DNA of 64,000 nucleotides from Alphaproteobacteria bacterium (GTDB lineage Bacteria; Pseudomonadota; Alphaproteobacteria; CALKHQ01): NCBI GenBank assembly GCA_965227515.1, contig CBDDFZ010000001.1, positions 3,017,600 to 3,081,599 of the forward strand, read 5' to 3'. Shown piece by piece: positions 60,611 to 64,000 of this stretch (position 1 is its first letter; each line of letters starts with the position of its first letter). The notes under the pieces were generated by a model. It saw only the letters and a program-made list of their open reading frames with translations, ran no database searches and was not told where the DNA came from. The position numbers and the translations under genes were made by a program.

Positions 60611-62080
60611 ATGCGCCTCGGCAACCAAACCGTTGACGGTCTTGCGCCGTCGATTGCCCGGCCCGGCTATGACCGGGCGCGCGTCACGGCGGGCATCGTC
60701 CATTTGGGGCTGGGGGCGTTTCACCGTGCCCACCAGGCCGCCTACACCGATGCCGTTCTCGGTGAGGACCCAGGCTGGGGCATCGTTGGCGCCAGCCTGC
60801 GCAGCGCCGATACGGTGCAGGCGCTCGCGCCGCAGGATGGCCTCTACACCTTGGCGGCGCGCGGGCCCGATGGCGACGCGTTGCGCGTCATCGGTGCGCT
60901 GGTCGGGCTGATCGGGCCCGGCGACCTGGCGGGCAAGCTGCTCCCCGCCTTGTGCGACCCCCGGGTCAGGGTCGTGACCATGACGGTGACCGAGAAGGGC
61001 TACAGCCACGACCCGTCGACCGGCGACCTGGACCCGGCGCACCCTGCCATCGCTGCCGATCTGGCACGGCCCGAGGAGCCATCGTCGGTCCCCGGCCTGC
61101 TGGTCGAGGCGCTGCACCGGCGCCGCGACGCCGGCATCGCGCCCTTCGCGGCGGTCAGTTGCGACAACCTGGCCGCCAATGGGCACACGCTGCATCGCGT
61201 GTTGTGCCAATACGCCGGTCTGCGCGACCGCGACCTCGCCGCGTACGTGGAAGGCGAGGTGACCTGCCCGTCGACCATGGTCGACCGCATCACCCCGGCC
61301 GCCACTGCCGACGACCGCACGGCCATCTCACGCGCGCTGGGACTGGACGATGCCGCGCCCGTGGTGGCCGAGCCTTTCTCGCAATGGGTGGTTGAGGACA
61401 GTTTCCCGGCCGGGCGCCCGCCATGGGAGGCGGCGGGTGCCGAACTGGTGGCCGATGTCGCGCCCTATGAAGCGATGAAGCTCAGACTGCTCAACGGCGC
61501 GCACTCCGCGCTGGCGTATCTGGGCTATTTATCCGGCTGCGAGACCGTGGCCGACGCCATGGCCGAACCGGGCCTGGCCGCCTTCGCCGATGCGCTGATG
61601 GGCGACGCCGCGTCGACGCTCACCATGCCCGGCGGCGCGGATGTGGCCGCCTATCGCCGGCAGTTGTTGCAGCGTTTCCGCAACCCGGCGCTGCGGCACC
61701 GTACCTGGCAGATCGCCATGGACGGCAGCCAGAAGCTGCCGCAGCGCTTGCTGGCCCCGGTATCCGCACGATTGGCCAATGGCGCGCCGATAGGCCGGCA
61801 TGCCTTGGCTGTGGCGGCTTGGATGCGCTATGTCGCCGGCGCCGATGAGGCGGGCCGGCCCATCGACGTGCGCGACCCGCTGGCCGGTTCACTGCGCTCT
61901 GCCTGCGAACAGGCCGGGCCGGAGTCGCGGGCGCAGGTGGGCGCACTCCTGAACGTGCGCGCGGTATTCGGTAACGAATTGGCAGCGGATCAACGCTTTG
62001 TGAGCGCTGTTGTTGCAGCGCACAAGATGCTGGTTTGCCGCGGCGCGCGGCGGGCTGCCGCGAATTACGCCGCCGATTAG
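60611..62080 (+). CDS. mannitol dehydrogenase family oxidoreductase (mannitol 2-dehydrogenase / fructuronate reductase-like)
   Basis: N-terminal GIVHLGLGAFHRAHQA Rossmann. Then TVTEKGY and LNGAHSALAY family motifs. Alternative GTG start at 60602. Confidence 0.85.
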   Translation: MRLGNQTVDGLAPSIARPGYDRARVTAGIVHLGLGAFHRAHQAAYTDAVLGEDPGWGIVGASLRSADTVQALAPQDGLYTLAARGPDGDALRVIGALVGLIGPGDLAGKLLPALCDPRVRVVTMTVTEKGYSHDPSTGDLDPAHPAIAADLARPEEPSSVPGLLVEALHRRRDAGIAPFAAVSCDNLAANGHTLHRVLCQYAGLRDRDLAAYVEGEVTCPSTMVDRITPAATADDRTAISRALGLDDAAPVVAEPFSQWVVEDSFPAGRPPWEAAGAELVADVAPYEAMKLRLLNGAHSALAYLGYLSGCETVADAMAEPGLAAFADALMGDAASTLTMPGGADVAAYRRQLLQRFRNPALRHRTWQIAMDGSQKLPQRLLAPVSARLANGAPIGRHALAVAAWMRYVAGADEAGRPIDVRDPLAGSLRSACEQAGPESRAQVGALLNVRAVFGNELAADQRFVSAVVAAHKMLVCRGARRAAANYAAD

Positions 62081-62269
62081 TATCCAGACGGTGCGTAAGA
62101 AATTTTAACGAATTCGTCCGATATTTGATTCGGATTGGCGCCAAAAACGCCTCGTATTTGCGATGAATTCGTGCCCTTTGTTCGAGGCGAATAGGCCGGT
62201 TGGCCGTATGCTTACCAAGCGGGGACAAGAAATGTCCCTGGACGGCACGCACACAAAGTGGAGCAGCGC

Positions 62270-64000
62270 ATGCAGGCAGCAGCGCTAGATGAAGCCGAGT
62301 TGAATGCGGTCTTCTGGAACAGCCCGAAGATCCTGGTGGTCGAGGACGATGTCGTCGACCGCAGGGTGGTCTGTCGGTTGCTGCGGAAGATCTTCGGCGA
62401 GGCGATGGTCCTGGAAGTCGCGGAGAATGTGCAGCAAGCCCTGGAGGCCGCGCGCGAGAGCGTCTTCGACATCTTCATTGTCGATTTCAATCTGGATACC
62501 GAGACGGGCATCGACCTGGCCGCCAAGTGCGGCAACGAGGACGCGCCCCAGATCTTCATTCTGCTGACCGGCGAAGACAGTTGGCAGGTCGACTATCAGG
62601 CGATGAGCGCTGGTTTCGCCGACTATCTGGTGAAGACCGACCTGAGCGAGAAACGGCTGGAGCGCTCCCTGCGGTACGCCTGGCGCGCGATGCGCCAGAA
62701 GCGCTTGTTGATGGAGCAGGCCACCGAACTGCGGCGCGCCAAGGCGGAGATCGAGATCGAGTCGAGCGCGCACCGCCAACTGGCCGAAGAACTGACCATT
62801 ACGCAGCGGCAACTGGAAGCCGCACTGGCCGAGGCGGGTCGCAACGAGGCGCGGTATCGCTGGCTGGCGCATCACGACCAGCTTACCGAGCTGCCGAACC
62901 GCACCCTTTTTGCAGCCAAGCTGGCGGAAGGCATGCGCCAGTCCTCCCGGTCGGGGCGCGTGCTCGCGCTGTGCGTGCTGGATCTGGATCGGTTCAAGCA
63001 GGTCAACGACAGCTACGGCCACAAGGCCGGCGACGAGTTGCTGACTCTGGCCGGCGAGCGCATGCAGGCCTGCCTGCGCTCCACTGACATCGTGGCGCGC
63101 CTGGCCGGCGATGAGTTCGCCATTATCATGACCAACCTGGGCAGCCGGTCCGATGCGTTCCAACCGGCCCAGAAGATCGCCCACGCCCTTTCCGAACCGT
63201 TCGAGATTCAGGGGCATGTCGTGGAGATTGGCGTCAGCCTGGGGATCGCCGACTACGATGGCAGCGAGGCGGTGGAGCGCGACGAACTGTTGCATCGCGC
63301 CGACCTGGCGCTGTATCGCGCCAAGGAGTCCCGGCAGGGCCAGATCGAGTATTACGATGAGGCGCTGACAGCCAAGTGCCGGCGCGACAGCGCCATCAAG
63401 CTGCGCCTGGGCCGCGCGATCCGTAACAACGAGCTATACCTCGTGTTCCAGCCCAAGCTGTCGATTGCGACCGGCAGAGTGGTGGGCATGGAGGCCTTGG
63501 CCCGGTGGCATGACCCGGAACTGGGACAGGTCTCGCCAGTGGAATTCGTGCCGATCGCGGAATCGACCGGCCTTATCGACGACCTGACCAAGTGTGTCCT
63601 GAAGCAGGCCCTGAATACCCTGGTGGACTGGCAGGCAACGGCACTGGCCAATATCCCCATGGCGGTCAATATCTCGGCGACGCAGTTGAAGTCTGACAAG
63701 CCGGTGAAGCTGGTCAAGCGCCTTCTCAGTCGCTACGACGTCGCGCCGCATCTGCTGGAACTGGAGATCACCGAGACCGCCGCGTTGCATGACATCGACG
63801 ATGCCGTTCTGTTGCTCAATAGATTGCGCGACATCGGCATTTCGGTCGCCATCGACGACTTCGGCACCGGGTATTCCTACCTTGGCCTGGCAACCAGGCT
63901 GCCGGTGAACTGCTTGAAGATCGATCGCAGTTTCGTGGCCGGCATGCTGACCAACCCGTCCGACGGCGCCGCGGTCAGGGCGACCATCGCGTTGGCGCAC
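62270..64000 (+). CDS. response-regulator receiver - GGDEF - EAL domain protein (3' partial, runs off the window)
   Basis: My own translation from ATG 62270 (RBS AAAGTGGAG). It is not in the ORF track because there is no stop before the window end. Receiver domain (ILVVEDD...DIFIVDFNLD), GGDEF (RFKQVND..GH.AGDELL...AGDEFAII) and EAL (QPKLSIATGRVVGMEALARW...ELEITE...DDFGTGYS) are all present. Confidence 0.8.
   Translation, partial: MQAAALDEAELNAVFWNSPKILVVEDDVVDRRVVCRLLRKIFGEAMVLEVAENVQQALEAARESVFDIFIVDFNLDTETGIDLAAKCGNEDAPQIFILLTGEDSWQVDYQAMSAGFADYLVKTDLSEKRLERSLRYAWRAMRQKRLLMEQATELRRAKAEIEIESSAHRQLAEELTITQRQLEAALAEAGRNEARYRWLAHHDQLTELPNRTLFAAKLAEGMRQSSRSGRVLALCVLDLDRFKQVNDSYGHKAGDELLTLAGERMQACLRSTDIVARLAGDEFAIIMTNLGSRSDAFQPAQKIAHALSEPFEIQGHVVEIGVSLGIADYDGSEAVERDELLHRADLALYRAKESRQGQIEYYDEALTAKCRRDSAIKLRLGRAIRNNELYLVFQPKLSIATGRVVGMEALARWHDPELGQVSPVEFVPIAESTGLIDDLTKCVLKQALNTLVDWQATALANIPMAVNISATQLKSDKPVKLVKRLLSRYDVAPHLLELEITETAALHDIDDAVLLLNRLRDIGISVAIDDFGTGYSYLGLATRLPVNCLKIDRSFVAGMLTNPSDGAAVRATIALAH

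Noticed and set aside
62304-63087. Track ORFs 62304-62567 and 62527-63087 on the plus strand
   Set aside because: They are in the wrong frames relative to a continuous 577-codon receiver-GGDEF-EAL reading frame that starts at 62270 and runs off the window.

Overview
High-GC (~68-70%) chromosomal window, alphaproteobacterial in character (DUF1127, DUF1489, DUF1194, plsX-fabH-ihfA-merR order). It is mostly core metabolism: a leucine/isovalerate catabolic (liu) cluster (ivd, ridA, MCCase beta, hydratase, MCCase alpha) with a K+-channel gene wedged inside it, putA, leucine dehydrogenase, a nucleoside hydrolase, a ugpBAE-like sugar ABC importer, dihydropyrimidinase, galU/pgm, plsX-fabH-ihfA-merR, bamE, a DacC-SPOR carboxypeptidase, a dpp-like peptide ABC importer, a plsC-cdsA-CDP-alcohol-transferase phospholipid operon, a mannitol-dehydrogenase-family gene and a partial receiver-GGDEF-EAL protein. 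Accessory and unusual content: (1) a low-GC left end (1-1300) holding the C-terminal domain of a 1056-aa Pro-rich/beta-propeller-like protein whose 5' end abuts an intact 819-bp IS5-family (IS427/IS1031-group) element. (2) A compact cluster (31.1-37.4 kb) with three different Rieske [2Fe-2S] fusion proteins (Rieske-TPP enzyme, ferric-reductase-like membrane heme domain-Rieske, Rieske-GltS-type FMN/Fe-S domain) plus small membrane proteins and a Cys-motif protein, next to a molybdopterin oxidoreductase. This is my best candidate for an undescribed redox system. (3) A tandem-LCCL secreted protein. (4) A lower-GC glycine-zipper hypothetical gene flanked by repeats. (5) At least four families of intergenic palindromic REP/MITE-like repeats, including a 187-bp double-hairpin MITE inside the ugp operon. 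No rRNA, tRNA or CRISPR was detected by eye. Many long antisense ORFs in the track are high-GC artefacts.
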